64,000 nucleotides of DNA. Source: Tidjanibacter sp. (GTDB lineage Bacteria; Bacteroidota; Bacteroidia; Bacteroidales; Rikenellaceae). The translations under genes and the position numbers were made by a program. Shown in pieces: positions 40,000-50,155 of this stretch (the first letter of the stretch is position 1; each line of letters opens with the position of its first letter). The stretch spans positions 9,651 to 73,650 of the forward strand of contig JAGBGK010000005.1 in NCBI GenBank assembly GCA_017936005.1, given 5' to 3'. Below the pieces are notes generated by a model. The model was not told where the DNA came from. It saw nothing but the letters and a program-made list of their open reading frames with translations, and did not search any database.

Positions 40000-42015
40000 A
40001 TGAAAAGAACTATGATTACTCTTTTTTCCATTGCCACACTCTGTTCGTGTGGTGGCGAAAAGAAAAGCCCCGCAATTGATACTGCCAACTTCGATGAGAG
40101 TATCGCCTTGAATGACGATTTCTATGAGCATTTCACGGCAGGTTGGCAGCGCAATAACCCTATGAAACCGGAGTACTCACGCTATGGAGCCTTCGATATG
40201 TTGCGCGAGAGCAACGAACTCCGCATCAAAGAACTCTTCGCCGAGTTGGAGAAGAAAAAAGTGGAGGAGGGGAGCGTGGAGCAAAAGATTGCCGACCTCT
40301 ACCGTATGGGCCTCGATAGTACCCGACTCAATGCCGAGGGTGCTGCGCCACTCCAAGAGGCTCTTGGTGCCATTGAGAGTGTGGATTGCAGGTGCGCGTT
40401 GAGTGCTCTTCTTGGCAAGATGCACCGCACAAGTGGCAATCCGTTCTTCTATGCAATGGTGTCGGCCGACGAGATGAACACCTCGACCAATGTTCTCTAT
40501 CTTGGTCAGGCAGGTCTGGGCTTGGGCGACAGGGACTACTACTTCGACGAGAGTGGTGAGGATATCCGCAAAGCCTATGTGGACTACATCCGTAAGGTTA
40601 TGGCTCTGGCGGGCTACTCGGAAGAGGAGTGTGTGCGTATTGCCGAGAGTGTGATGACCATTGAGAACGCTCTCGCTGGTGCCCACTATACCAATGTGGA
40701 GTTGCGAAACCCCCACAAGAACTACAACCGCACCACGTTGAAGTCCTTGAAGCGCACCTACCGTAACATCAATTGGGGCGACTATGCCGCAGCACTCGGC
40801 TTTGAGATGCCCGAGGAGTTGGTGGTGAGCCAAAAGCCTGCACTCGCAAAGGCTAATGAACTCATTGGTAAGGCTCCCCTGCGTAGCATCAAAGACTACC
40901 TTCTCTTCCACGAGGTGAGCAGCGCAGCCTCCTACCTTTCGGACGACTTCTCGGCCACCAACTTCGACTTCTATGGTCGTACCCTTTCGGGCCAGCAGGA
41001 GCAGAGGCCTCGTTGGAAACGCTCGCTCGGTACGGCCAACTCGTTGCTTTCGGAGGCTGTTGGCGAACTCTATGTCGCCAAGTTCTTCCCTGCCGAGTAT
41101 AAGGAGAAGATGCTCGCCATTGTGGGCAACCTCCAAGTGGCCCTCTCGCAGCACATCAACGCATTGGAGTGGATGAGCGACGTGACGAAGGCCAAAGCGC
41201 AGGAGAAACTCGCAACCTTCACCGTGAAAATCGGCTACCCCGACAAGTGGAAAGACTACTCGTCGCTGGCCATTGACCCCTCGCAGAGCTACCTTGCCAA
41301 TATGAGGGCAGCAAGTGCGTGGTACACGGCCGACAACCTTGCCGACCTCGGTAAACCTGTGGATAAGTCAAGGTGGTTTATGAGCCCCCAGACGGTGAAT
41401 GCATACTACAATCCCACCACCAACGAGATTTGCTTCCCTGCCGCCATTCTCCAACCACCCTTCTTCAACCCCGAGGCTGACGATGCGGTCAACTACGGTG
41501 CCATCGGTGTGGTTATTGGCCACGAGATGACCCACGGCTTTGACGACCAGGGCCGCCAATACGACAAGGACGGTAACCTGAGGGATTGGTGGACAAAGGC
41601 TGATGCGGAGGCTTTCGACCAGAAAGCCCAAAAACTTGTGGCACAGTTCGATGCCATAGAGGTAAACGAGGAGGGACTCCACGCCAACGGAGCCTTCACC
41701 CTCGGCGAGAACATTGCCGACCAAGGTGGCCTCAGGGTGGCTTACACGGCACTGCAAAATGCACTCGGTGGAGTGGAGCCGGAGAAGATTGACGGCTTCA
41801 CCGCAGCACAGAGGTTCTACATTGCCTATGCAACACTTTGGGCACAGAACATCCGCCCCGAGGAGGTCGTTCGCCTCACGAAGATAGACCCCCACTCGCT
41901 GGGTAAATGGCGTGTGAACGGCACCTTGCCCAACATTGCCGAGTGGTATGAGGCCTTCGGCATTGAGAGTGGCGCAATGTTCCGCCCCGAGGAGGAGAGA
42001 GTGATTATTTGGTAA
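40000..42015 (+). CDS. pepO: M13 family metallopeptidase (neprilysin-like), lipoprotein
   Basis: VNAYY, HEMTHGFDD, GENIAD. Confidence 0.95.
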   Translation: MKRTMITLFSIATLCSCGGEKKSPAIDTANFDESIALNDDFYEHFTAGWQRNNPMKPEYSRYGAFDMLRESNELRIKELFAELEKKKVEEGSVEQKIADLYRMGLDSTRLNAEGAAPLQEALGAIESVDCRCALSALLGKMHRTSGNPFFYAMVSADEMNTSTNVLYLGQAGLGLGDRDYYFDESGEDIRKAYVDYIRKVMALAGYSEEECVRIAESVMTIENALAGAHYTNVELRNPHKNYNRTTLKSLKRTYRNINWGDYAAALGFEMPEELVVSQKPALAKANELIGKAPLRSIKDYLLFHEVSSAASYLSDDFSATNFDFYGRTLSGQQEQRPRWKRSLGTANSLLSEAVGELYVAKFFPAEYKEKMLAIVGNLQVALSQHINALEWMSDVTKAKAQEKLATFTVKIGYPDKWKDYSSLAIDPSQSYLANMRAASAWYTADNLADLGKPVDKSRWFMSPQTVNAYYNPTTNEICFPAAILQPPFFNPEADDAVNYGAIGVVIGHEMTHGFDDQGRQYDKDGNLRDWWTKADAEAFDQKAQKLVAQFDAIEVNEEGLHANGAFTLGENIADQGGLRVAYTALQNALGGVEPEKIDGFTAAQRFYIAYATLWAQNIRPEEVVRLTKIDPHSLGKWRVNGTLPNIAEWYEAFGIESGAMFRPEEERVIIW

Positions 42016-42097
42016 CAGGCGTTGCCTGTTTTGTGTAGATGGTAGGTTGAGGTGCTTTTGAACTTTTGGAAGCCTTCCAAACCAAAGCAAAAACAAC

Positions 42098-42194
42098 ACG
42101 CCCCCGGCTTTCAGCCACCCCCTCTAACTTAGAGGGGGACTAATTCCTCCCCTAAGGTAGGGGAGGTGCCCGAAGGGCGGAGGAGTGTGCAAAA
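42098..42194. repeat. REP-like dimer (inverted copy of 29589-29683)
   Basis: CCCCCTCTAACTTAGAGGGGG and CCTCCCCTAAGGTAGGGGAGG hairpins. Confidence 0.85.
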
Positions 42195-42246
42195 GACATA
42201 GTTACTAAATTTTGGCTAATAGCTAATGGCTAACAGCTTTTTTTGA

Positions 42247-44409
42247 ATGACACAAACAACACATACAGACTTTCTTGCGCTGTGTAGCAGCCAATTTAGC
42301 GACCACAGTGTGGGGCTTATTCGTCAGGCGTTGGCTATGGCGAGTGAGGCCCTCGATGGGCAGACTCGCTACGACGGCTCGCCACTGATTGACCACTCGG
42401 TGGGGACGGCCCGCATCGTGGTCGAGGAGGTAGGTTTGGGGCGTAACTCGGTGGTGGCTGCACTGCTGCACGATGCCGCACGCTTGGGCCTACTCAATCT
42501 TGCCGAAGTGAACAAAACCTTTGGCGAGGCGGTGGTGGGTATCATCCTCGGTATGAACGACATATCGAGCATCAACACCAATAGCGACAAGGAGCAGGTG
42601 GACAACTTCCGCGACCTGATAATCTCATATTCTACCGACCCGAGGGTTATCCTACTGAAACTTGCCGACCGCTTGGAGGTGATGCGCAATATTGATATGT
42701 TCCCTCCCAAGAAGCAGTTGCAGAAGAGTTGGGAGAGTATGAACCTCTATGCGCAGATTGCCCACAAACTCGGCCTCTACAACATCAAGAGCGAGTTGGA
42801 GGAGATATCCTTCGCCCACATCGAGCCAGAGGCCTATGCCGACATATCCCGCCGATTGGAGGAGAGTGCCGCACAGAGGGCCGAACTGATGGCCAATGTG
42901 TTGACACCCGTGGAGGAGAAAATGCGCCAGAGTGGAATAGAGTACCACATCAAGAGTCGCACCAAGAGTGTCTACTCCATTTGGCGTAAGATGGTGCGCC
43001 AGAAGGTTAGTTTTGACGAGGTGTATGACATCTTTGCCATTCGCATCATCATCGACTGCCCGAGGGAGGCGGAGAAGATGCAGTGTTGGAATGTCTTTTC
43101 GATAGTTACCGACTTCTACACCCCCAACCCCGACCGTATGAGGGATTGGATTTCCATACCCAAGAGCAATGGCTACGAGTCGTTGCACGCCACGGTGTTG
43201 GCCTTTGGTCAGTGGGTGGAGATACAGATACGCACGGAGCGTATGGACGAGGTGGCCGAGAGGGGTATTGCTGCCCACTGGCGCTATAAGGGCGTGGGTG
43301 GTGGCACCATCAGCCACGAACAATGGCTTGCGCGCCTGCGTGAGATTATAGAAGAGGGTGGCGACAAGTCGGGCATTGCCCGCAAGCTGGACGCTTCGAT
43401 GACCTCCCGCGAGGTCTTTGTCTTTACTCCCAAAGGCGACCTGAGGAAACTGCCCGAGGGTGCTACGGTGCTGGACTTCGCCTTTGATATCCACTCCTCG
43501 GTGGGTGCATCCTGCGTGGGAGCCAAGATTGGCGATAGGAACGTATCTATTAAGGAGCCGCTTCACAATGGCGACATTGTTACTATTCTCACCAGCAAGA
43601 ACCAGAAACCCAAGAAAGATTGGCTCTCGGTGGTTGTTACCAGCAAGGCCCGCCACCGCATCAAGGTCTGCCTGCGTGAGGAGGAGAGCAAGATGGCCAA
43701 ACTCGGCAGGGAGGAGTTGGAACGTAAACTGAAAAATTGGAAACTCACCATCAGTATTGATGACGCTGTTAATGCCCTGTGCCGCCACTATAAACTGCGT
43801 ACGGGTATGGAACTCTACGGACGCATTGTGGACGAGAGGGTCGATATGGGCGAGGTTAAGGAGGTTATTGTGCGCCACTTGGAGGTGGGCGACGTGCCCC
43901 AACCACCAGCCCCACGCAAGGAGCCCTCAACGCCTCGCAAAGAGAGCCCCATTGCCGAGGAACTCATCTTGGGCGACGAGGTACACGGCCTGAAATATAA
44001 CATTGCACGCTGCTGTAACCCCATCTTTGGCGACGATGTGTTTGGCTTCACGACCATTTCGAGTGGCATCACCATCCACCGTAGCGACTGCCCCAATGCT
44101 CGTAGGCTCAAAGAGTTGTACCCCTATCGTATCATTGCGGCGCGTTGGCGTGGCGAGCAGAGCAAGGGTAGTTTTGTGGCATCCATTCGTGTGGTTGCCG
44201 AGGACAGCCCCGGTGTGTTGAGCCACATTGTGGAGAAGATTGGTGCGCTGAATATCAACATTCGCTCGGTGGCCATCTCGCCCACGAGGGACGGAATGGC
44301 GGGCGGTGTAATCAATGTGGAAGTACCCTCGTCGAGTGTTGCCGATATGGTCACCTACGCCATATCGAAGGTGGGCGGTGTGAAGAAGGCATACAGGGTG
44401 AATAAGTAA
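42247..44409 (+). CDS. relA: Long RelA/SpoT homologue (HD-SYNTH-TGS-ACT)
   Basis: KLADRL, YDIFAIR, GYESLH, EIQIRT, AAHWRYK, DFAFDIH, CCNPI.GD. Confidence 0.92.
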   Translation: MTQTTHTDFLALCSSQFSDHSVGLIRQALAMASEALDGQTRYDGSPLIDHSVGTARIVVEEVGLGRNSVVAALLHDAARLGLLNLAEVNKTFGEAVVGIILGMNDISSINTNSDKEQVDNFRDLIISYSTDPRVILLKLADRLEVMRNIDMFPPKKQLQKSWESMNLYAQIAHKLGLYNIKSELEEISFAHIEPEAYADISRRLEESAAQRAELMANVLTPVEEKMRQSGIEYHIKSRTKSVYSIWRKMVRQKVSFDEVYDIFAIRIIIDCPREAEKMQCWNVFSIVTDFYTPNPDRMRDWISIPKSNGYESLHATVLAFGQWVEIQIRTERMDEVAERGIAAHWRYKGVGGGTISHEQWLARLREIIEEGGDKSGIARKLDASMTSREVFVFTPKGDLRKLPEGATVLDFAFDIHSSVGASCVGAKIGDRNVSIKEPLHNGDIVTILTSKNQKPKKDWLSVVVTSKARHRIKVCLREEESKMAKLGREELERKLKNWKLTISIDDAVNALCRHYKLRTGMELYGRIVDERVDMGEVKEVIVRHLEVGDVPQPPAPRKEPSTPRKESPIAEELILGDEVHGLKYNIARCCNPIFGDDVFGFTTISSGITIHRSDCPNARRLKELYPYRIIAARWRGEQSKGSFVASIRVVAEDSPGVLSHIVEKIGALNINIRSVAISPTRDGMAGGVINVEVPSSSVADMVTYAISKVGGVKKAYRVNK

Positions 44410-44514
44410 ATTGAGAATTGAAAATTGAGAATTCAAAGGGCCATTTTTACTAATTACTCTCTACTAATTACTAATTAAAAAGACGGTCGACGGTTGACGG
44501 TCGACGGTCGACGG
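44410..44514. repeat. Inverted mosaic cassette (AATTGAR x3, ACTAATT, GACGGTY x4-5)
   Basis: Reverse complement of the module order at other cassettes. Confidence 0.8.
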
Positions 44515-44524
44515 AATAGATGAT

Positions 44525-44902
44525 ATGGAACGATTTGGATTGAGATATTGGTTGCTGATTATGTTGCTGGTGCTTACCCTCACGGGGGCAATCACTTTGG
44601 GCGACATTTTCGGATTTATCTTTGGTGTTATTGGCATTATTGTTCTTGTGGCGTTGGTGGGACTCCTTGTGCTACGCATAAGGATTGCCAAAGCACGCAA
44701 GGCTGCCGAGGCGAGGGGCGAGCAATTCACCGGCTACACCTGGCACTTCGGTTCCCACAGCCACACCTACGGTGGCGACCACCAACAGCAACCCCGCAAC
44801 AACCCCAACGAGGGACGTGTGAAGGTTAGCCGCACCGAGGCCCCGAAGAAAAAGAAGGTGAGCAAGAACGTGGGCGAGTACGTGGACTTCGAGGAGGAGT
44901 AG
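44525..44902 (+). CDS. DUF4834-like membrane protein
   Basis: N-terminal TM segments, C-terminal VGEYVDFEE. Confidence 0.75.
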   Translation: MERFGLRYWLLIMLLVLTLTGAITLGDIFGFIFGVIGIIVLVALVGLLVLRIRIAKARKAAEARGEQFTGYTWHFGSHSHTYGGDHQQQPRNNPNEGRVKVSRTEAPKKKKVSKNVGEYVDFEEE

Positions 44903-44961
44903 ACACGCTACGAAGCACGGTAGCGAGTGCCCAAACTTGTTGAGAAAGAAAAACATAACGA

Positions 44962-47442
44962 ATGAATACAATAGAACAAAGGCTCGGTTTTGACCGCATA
45001 CGCACCCAACTGCTCGAAAGGTGTTCCACTCAAAGAGGTGCCGACCTTATGGCCGAGGTGAACTTTTCAACCTCGCCAAAGGAGGTTGACTACCGTCAGG
45101 CACTCGCCGAGGAGTTTCGCTTGGCTCTGATGATGGAGCAGGAGTTCCCGAATGGCGAGTTGGTGGAGTTTGGTGCGGAGGTTAGTAAGTTGGCCGTGGA
45201 GGGCACCTTCCTCGAAGGCGAGGAGTTGGTGCAGTTGAGGGGCGGTTTGAAGTGTGTGGGGGAGGCTTCCGGTTTCTTCCTCGCTCGCAAGGAACGCTAC
45301 CCGCTGGCGGCCGATATGTCGCAGGGTGTGAAGGCTTTTCCGGAGATTGCCGGCCACATCGACACCATCATAGACCGCCACGGAGAGGTGAGGGATAGTG
45401 CCTCGCCCGAACTCTACGACCTGCGCCGCCAGATACGTTCCCACGAAGGTCAGGCGGCCAAACGATTGCAGGCGGTGTTGGCCGAGGCCATACGACAGGG
45501 CATCGTGGAGAGTGGGGCTTCGCTCTCGGTGAGGGATGGTAGGACTGTTATCCCCGTGAGCGCATCCAACAAACGCAAACTCAAAGGTTTTGTCCACGAC
45601 GAGTCGGCAACGGGTAAGACCGTCTATATCGAGCCGGTGGAGGTGGTGGAGATTAACAACGCCCTGAAAGAGTTGGAGTATGCTGCGCGTAGGGAGGAGA
45701 TACGCATCCTCACGGAGTTGGCCTCGTCCATTCGTCCATATAGCAGTGAGTTGGCCGAGAGTGGCGAGTATTTGGCGCAGTTCGATATGGTGCGTGCAAA
45801 GGCCCGCTGGGCGATGAGCAATGGGGCCTACCGAGCCATTGTGTCGGAGGAGGGAATGTTGCGACTTGTGGATGCACGCCACCCGCTGCTCCAACAGAGC
45901 CACGCAAGGGAGCAAAAGGAGGTTGTGCCACTCGATTTGGTGCTCAACCCACAGCGTAGGATTTTGGTCATCTCGGGCCCCAATGCGGGCGGTAAGTCGG
46001 TGTGCCTCAAAACGGTGGGATTGCTGCAATATATGTTCCAATGCGGAGTTGCCATCCCTGCGAGTGCGGTGAGCGAGTTGCCCATTTTTGAGGGTATTTT
46101 CATCGATATTGGCGACCAGCAGAGCATCGATAACGACCTGAGTACCTACTCCTCCCACCTGCTCAATATGAAACGTATGCTCTCGGCTGCCTCGGAGCAC
46201 ACACTCATTCTGATTGACGAGTTCGGTAGCGGTACGGAGCCCGTGATTGGCGGTGCTATGGCCGAGGCTATGTTGGAGAAATACCTCGAAAAGGGCACCT
46301 ATGGAGTGATTACAACACACTATACCAACATCAAATACTTCGCCTCCAACCACCGAGGAGTGGCCAACGGTGCGATGATGTTTGATGTGCAGAACATACG
46401 TCCTCTGTTCCACTTGGAGATGGGCGAGCCGGGCAGTTCGTTTGCTATTGAGATTGCCCGCAAAATCGGTTTGCCGGAGGAACTCATCCGTAGCGCATCG
46501 GAGAAGGCCGGCTCGGAGGTCATCAGCCTCGAAAGGCAGCTACGTGAGGTGGCCCGCAACCGCAACTATTGGGAGCAGAAACGTGAGCGCATACGCATTG
46601 CCGACCGTAGGGTGGAGGAGATGGAGAGCGAGTATGCCGAGCGACTTGCCAAACTCAAAGAGGAGCGTGCGGCAATCATCCGCCAAGCCAAGGAGGATGC
46701 AAAGGTTATCCTCGACCAAACCAACCGCACCATCGAAAACACCGTGCGTGTCATTCGTGAGTCGCAGGCCGAGAAGGAGACCACACGTCTGGCAAGGCGT
46801 GAGATTGAGGCCCTGAAAGAGAATGTCATCAATGGCGTGGACTACCTGTCGGCGGAGAGCGAGAAGGTTGAGAGGGAGATGGAGAAGATTGAACGCCGCC
46901 GCCAGAAACGTGCCGAGCGTAAGGCCCAAAGGGGTGAGGCTGTGGAGGTTGCAAAACCCGAAGAGCCCAAAGTATTGCCCGTTGAGGTGGGTGCCAAAGT
47001 GCGCATCGTGGGCCAAGAGGGTGTTGGCGAGGTGGTGTCGATGAAGGGCAAGAAGGCAACGGTTGCCATCGGCCAGATTATGACCACCATTGCTGTGGAC
47101 CGCTTGGAGGCCATCAGCAATAGCGAGTTCAAGAAACAGACGCGCCCCACGTCGGCCCGCACGGTGGTGAGTGTGGATATTTCGAGCCGTAAGTTGGCCT
47201 TTAAGGACAATATAGACATCCGTGGTATGAGGGCAATGGAGGCCCTTGAAGCGGTGCAGGACTTCATTGATGATGCCATAATGGTCGGCATCGGTACGGT
47301 TACGATTTTGCACGGCAAGGGCACGGGCGCACTCAAAGACGAGGTGCGTAAGTATCTACGTTATATCCCACAGGTGGCCTCGGTTACCGACGACCACCCC
47401 GACCGTGGCGGTGCAGGTATTACGGTGGTGAAGTTTAAGTAG
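44962..47442 (+). CDS. mutS2: Endonuclease MutS2
   Basis: SGPNAGGKS, DLSTYSSH, DEFGSGT, Smr domain HGKGTG. Confidence 0.95.
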   Translation: MNTIEQRLGFDRIRTQLLERCSTQRGADLMAEVNFSTSPKEVDYRQALAEEFRLALMMEQEFPNGELVEFGAEVSKLAVEGTFLEGEELVQLRGGLKCVGEASGFFLARKERYPLAADMSQGVKAFPEIAGHIDTIIDRHGEVRDSASPELYDLRRQIRSHEGQAAKRLQAVLAEAIRQGIVESGASLSVRDGRTVIPVSASNKRKLKGFVHDESATGKTVYIEPVEVVEINNALKELEYAARREEIRILTELASSIRPYSSELAESGEYLAQFDMVRAKARWAMSNGAYRAIVSEEGMLRLVDARHPLLQQSHAREQKEVVPLDLVLNPQRRILVISGPNAGGKSVCLKTVGLLQYMFQCGVAIPASAVSELPIFEGIFIDIGDQQSIDNDLSTYSSHLLNMKRMLSAASEHTLILIDEFGSGTEPVIGGAMAEAMLEKYLEKGTYGVITTHYTNIKYFASNHRGVANGAMMFDVQNIRPLFHLEMGEPGSSFAIEIARKIGLPEELIRSASEKAGSEVISLERQLREVARNRNYWEQKRERIRIADRRVEEMESEYAERLAKLKEERAAIIRQAKEDAKVILDQTNRTIENTVRVIRESQAEKETTRLARREIEALKENVINGVDYLSAESEKVEREMEKIERRRQKRAERKAQRGEAVEVAKPEEPKVLPVEVGAKVRIVGQEGVGEVVSMKGKKATVAIGQIMTTIAVDRLEAISNSEFKKQTRPTSARTVVSVDISSRKLAFKDNIDIRGMRAMEALEAVQDFIDDAIMVGIGTVTILHGKGTGALKDEVRKYLRYIPQVASVTDDHPDRGGAGITVVKFK

Positions 47443-47464
47443 GAACGCCCCACTACCACAAAAT

Positions 47465-47502
47465 AAACGATGCCGAGAGCGTGAGTGCTCTCGGCATCGT
47501 TT
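47465..47502. terminator. Bidirectional terminator
   Basis: AAACGATGCCGAGAGC...GCTCTCGGCATCGTTT between convergent genes. Confidence 0.85.
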
Positions 47503-47524
47503 GTTGTTTGTGACTGTCAGTGTG

Positions 47525-48313
47525 TTAGAACACAATGGGCGAGGTGATGTTTTGCAACACTGCCACCACCGACCAAGCGGCAATGGCGGGCGTTGCGCTG
47601 TAAATGTCCACCACGGCCCTCACCTCCGAGTTGCGAATCTCCACCCTCTGGGTGTCGCCACGGAAGTAGGGCGACGACTGCATCGTTACCTGCATATTCT
47701 CTGGGCCTACCGATGCACGAGAGGCCGCCACCGTTACGTTCACTCGGGTGGGGAATTGTGCAATGGCCTCCTTTGCGGTGCCACGAAAGACAACCTTCTG
47801 CTCGGTTTGCAGACTATCCTCATAGACGGCTGTACCTCGGAGCGCGTTGGGACCTTTCTCGTTGAAGAACTGCGCCGTAGCACCACCCATAAGGGTTGCG
47901 GTGCGGAGCACGTCGAAACCGCCCGTAGCACCCGAAGCGAGGTAGATGCGCTTGCCGGCCTTGCGTGCGGCCTCGGTGGCCTCGGCATAGAAGTCGTCAT
48001 CGGCAAAGGCACCAATGGAGAGGGTTACGATGTTGCATCCGGCAGCAAGCGTTGGCAGGGTTATGGCCTTCATACAAGCGGGCGAAGCGGCCTCCACGAG
48101 ATAGTCGGGGCCGAGGGCCAAAAGCTCCTCCAAAGAGCCACACACCTTGCATTTTACACCTTTGGTGGCCAACTCCACCGCAAGTCCCACGGCACGCTCT
48201 GTTGTGCGGGAGAAGAGTCCGACGAGTTCATATTCGGGCAGCAACCCATCGGCCACTGCATTGGCCACAATCGCCCCCAGACGACCACAGCCCACAATTG
48301 CAAGTTTGTTCAT
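47525..48313 (-). CDS. nadX: L-aspartate dehydrogenase-like (DUF108) protein
   Basis: GCGRLG, VEAAS, SIGAFAD, SGATGGFD, F.GTAKEA..FP..VNV. Confidence 0.8.
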   Translation of the reverse strand: MNKLAIVGCGRLGAIVANAVADGLLPEYELVGLFSRTTERAVGLAVELATKGVKCKVCGSLEELLALGPDYLVEAASPACMKAITLPTLAAGCNIVTLSIGAFADDDFYAEATEAARKAGKRIYLASGATGGFDVLRTATLMGGATAQFFNEKGPNALRGTAVYEDSLQTEQKVVFRGTAKEAIAQFPTRVNVTVAASRASVGPENMQVTMQSSPYFRGDTQRVEIRNSEVRAVVDIYSATPAIAAWSVVAVLQNITSPIVF

Positions 48314-48321
48314 AGTGAGAG

Positions 48322-48370
48322 CAAAGGTACGACAAAAATTTTTGTATTTCCCGAAAAAGAAGTATATTTG
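48322..48370. promoter_or_regulatory. Overlapping divergent promoters for nadX and the hut operon
   Basis: TACCTTTG on minus strand (48329-48322); TTTG (48341-48344) plus TATATTTG (48363-48370) on plus strand. Confidence 0.6.
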
Positions 48371-48438
48371 AGAGATATTTGGCCAATATCAAAGATATTG
48401 GCACTCGGAAACTACAACAAAAACCAACAATAACCGCT

Positions 48439-50133
48439 ATGAAACGACTCATTGAGTGTGTGCCCAATTTCAGCGAAGGGCGCGATATGACAGTCATCAA
48501 ACAGATTACCGACGCGATTGAGAGTGTCGAGGGTGTGAAACTCCTCGATGTGGACCCGGGTAAGGCCACTAACCGCACGGTTGTAACCTTTGTGGGCGAG
48601 CCCGAGGCTGTTGTGGAGGCCGCATTCAGGGGCGTTAAAACAGCTTCGGAACTCATAGATATGCGCTACCACAAGGGCGAACACCCACGCATTGGTGCAA
48701 CGGATGTGCTCCCTTTGGTGCCCGTGTCGGGTATCACTCTGGCCGAGTGTGCCGAGTTGGCAAGAGCACTCGCCAAGCGCATCCACACCGAACTTGCAAT
48801 CCCCACCTACTGCTATGAGAGTGCAGCCTTCCGTCCCGAAAGGAAAAACCTTGCGGTGTGCCGTAGGGGTGAATATGAGGCCCTCTGTCAGCGCATCACC
48901 CAAGAGAACGAAATGCCCGACTTTGGTGGCGGAGAGTGGACCGAGCAGGCAGCAAGGAGTGGCGCAACGGTGGTGGGCGCAAGGGATTTCCTGATTGCCG
49001 TGAACTTCAATCTCAACACCACCTCCACCCGTAGGGCCAACGCCATCGCCTTCGACGTGAGGGAGAAGGGACGCCCAATGAGGGAAACACCCATCGTGGG
49101 TAAGATTGTCAGGGACGAGAATGGCGAGCCCATTATGATTCCCGGCACGCTGAAAGGGTGTAAGGCTATCGGCTGGTACATTGCCGAGTATGGCATTGCA
49201 CAAGTGTCTATGAATATTACCGACATCGCACAGACACCTCTTCACGTTGCCTTTGAGGAGGTGTGCAGGGCCGCTGCCGAGAGGGGTGTGAGAGTTACGG
49301 GTACCGAGATTGTGGGCCTTGTGCCGAGGAGTGCACTCTTGGAGGCCGGCAAACACTTCCTGCGTAAGCAACAACGCTCGCTGGGTATCACCGACGAGGA
49401 GATTATCGATATCGCTGTTCGCACTATGGGCCTTGCTGAATTGTGCCCCTTCAAACCCGAGGAGAAGATTGTGGAGGCTCTCATTGAGAAAGACAATGTG
49501 GCTAAAAAACTCATAGACCTCACTTGCCGTGGTTTTGCCGAGGAGACCTCGCGTGAGTCGCCCGCTCCGGGCGGTGGCTCCATTTCGGCCTATATGGGTG
49601 CGCTGGGTGCTGCGTTGGGTACTATGGTGGCCAACCTTTCGGCCCACAAACCCGGCTGGGACAACAAGTGGGAGTTCTTCTCCGATTGGGCCGAGAAGGG
49701 TAAGGCTATTATGAATGAACTCCTACACTTGGTGGATGAGGACACCGATGCCTTCAATGGCATTATGGCTGTGTTCGGTATGCCCAAAGGTACCCCTGAG
49801 GAGAAGGCAGCAAGGGCCGAGGCTATGGAGCGTGCAACCCTGTATGCCACCCAGGTGCCCCTCAAAACGATGAAGGCCTCCTATAAGGTCTTTGAGGTGG
49901 CCGAGATGATGGCCTCGGAGGGTAACCCCAACTCGGTGAGCGATGCAGGCGTGGGCGCATTGGCTGCAAGGGCAGCCGTGCAGGGTGCCTACCTCAATGT
50001 GAAGATTAACGCCGCAGGACTCAAAGACCGCCTTGTGGCCGAAGAACTCTTGGCCGAGGCCGGCGAGATTGCTCGCAAGGCCGATGCGGAGGAGAGGCGC
50101 ATTGTGGAGATTGTAGAGAGTAAGATTGACTAA
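48439..50133 (+). CDS. ftcD: Bifunctional glutamate formimidoyltransferase / formiminotetrahydrofolate cyclodeaminase
   Basis: ECVPNFSEGR, H.GEHPRIGA.DV, QVSMN, then PAPGGGS cyclodeaminase domain. Confidence 0.95.
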   Translation: MKRLIECVPNFSEGRDMTVIKQITDAIESVEGVKLLDVDPGKATNRTVVTFVGEPEAVVEAAFRGVKTASELIDMRYHKGEHPRIGATDVLPLVPVSGITLAECAELARALAKRIHTELAIPTYCYESAAFRPERKNLAVCRRGEYEALCQRITQENEMPDFGGGEWTEQAARSGATVVGARDFLIAVNFNLNTTSTRRANAIAFDVREKGRPMRETPIVGKIVRDENGEPIMIPGTLKGCKAIGWYIAEYGIAQVSMNITDIAQTPLHVAFEEVCRAAAERGVRVTGTEIVGLVPRSALLEAGKHFLRKQQRSLGITDEEIIDIAVRTMGLAELCPFKPEEKIVEALIEKDNVAKKLIDLTCRGFAEETSRESPAPGGGSISAYMGALGAALGTMVANLSAHKPGWDNKWEFFSDWAEKGKAIMNELLHLVDEDTDAFNGIMAVFGMPKGTPEEKAARAEAMERATLYATQVPLKTMKASYKVFEVAEMMASEGNPNSVSDAGVGALAARAAVQGAYLNVKINAAGLKDRLVAEELLAEAGEIARKADAEERRIVEIVESKID

Positions 50134-50155
50134 AAATATTATAACCCTTGCCGCT

